A DNA stretch of 62,102 nucleotides, the filler included, from Ionaspis alba (lineage: Eukaryota): NCBI GenBank assembly GCA_964255285.1. It is 12 parts of 12 records of this genome, joined end to end, with 100 filler letters (N's around TTAATTAATTAA, not from the genome) between each part and the next. Parts side by side here need not be neighbours in the genome. Positions count along the whole stretch, not along the records: positions 57,092 to 62,102 come from CAXUUL010001046.1; 11 more parts are not named here. One strand, given 5' to 3'. Position numbers and translations under genes: made by a program. Position 1 is the stretch's first letter, and every line of letters begins with the position of its first letter. Positions 61,693 through 62,102 of the stretch are shown piece by piece. Under the pieces are notes generated by a model. The model was not told the DNA's origin, did no database searches, and saw only the letters and a program-made list of their open reading frames with translations.

Positions 61693-62102
61693 ATGGCAGA
61701 CTCCACCCCTAAATCCTACCATACTGACCCCACTCTCTGGCTCTACACCTCCCTAACAGCCGGCTCCTCGCACATCATAACCGCCACCTCCCGATTAGAA
61801 ACCATCCTCAAAGCCAACAAAATCCCCTTCAAAGCCCTTGATGTAGCTACAGACGAAAAAGCCCGCATGCTATGGGGGCGAAGAGCAGGGAAGCGGAAAC
61901 TACCTGGACTCGTACGGATGGGAATGGTCGTCGGTGTTCGTTCACCCCTCTCACGTCTACCTAAGGAGGCCGCAATATACAAGAGAAGAAAAGACAGCTA
62001 ATACAACTCCCCAGGACCTCGAAGAGATAGAAGAATGGAACGAATACGGTGAATTAAAAGAAAACATCGGTTCCGACCTCCCCACAGCCAGTACCTCAAC
62101 CC
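61693..62102 (+). CDS. SH3BGR/glutaredoxin-like thioredoxin-fold protein (runs off the window)
   Basis: LYTSLTAG...RLETILKANKIPF..LDVATDE...LPGLV. Intron 61936-62014, then DLEEIEEWNEYGEL. Confidence 0.8.

Overview
Intron-containing DNA from a filamentous ascomycete (Pezizomycotina). It is not one locus. It is 12 scaffolds of 5188 to 5011 bp, in strictly decreasing size order, joined by artificial 44N-TTAATTAATTAA-44N linkers, so genes on opposite sides of a linker are not neighbours and many genes are cut at linkers. About 30 protein-coding genes or fragments are supported. Examples are formate dehydrogenase, KHA1 antiporter, GH2 beta-mannosidase, Rab4, PIG-U, NAT4, ILV1, an SDR, a DUF3433 protein, the thymine dioxygenase/iso-orotate decarboxylase pair, GH16, SEC31, C2H2 and bHLH transcription factors, ferric reductase and GH47. 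Five signals stand out. (1) A structured non-coding region at about 39.9-41.3 kb has a CR4/5-like P5/P6/P6.1 junction, suggesting the telomerase RNA gene, possibly with a non-canonical template. (2) A PD-(D/E)XK nuclease-like gene and a protein kinase-like gene sit head-to-head, resembling a split Spok-type toxin/antidote. (3) FDH has alternative first-exon donors predicting mitochondrial and cytosolic isoforms. (4) An 82-aa five-exon mitochondrial microprotein is missed by the ORF track. (5) An AA11-type C-terminus is also missed by the ORF track. All calls come from reading the sequence by eye; no searches or folding programs were run.
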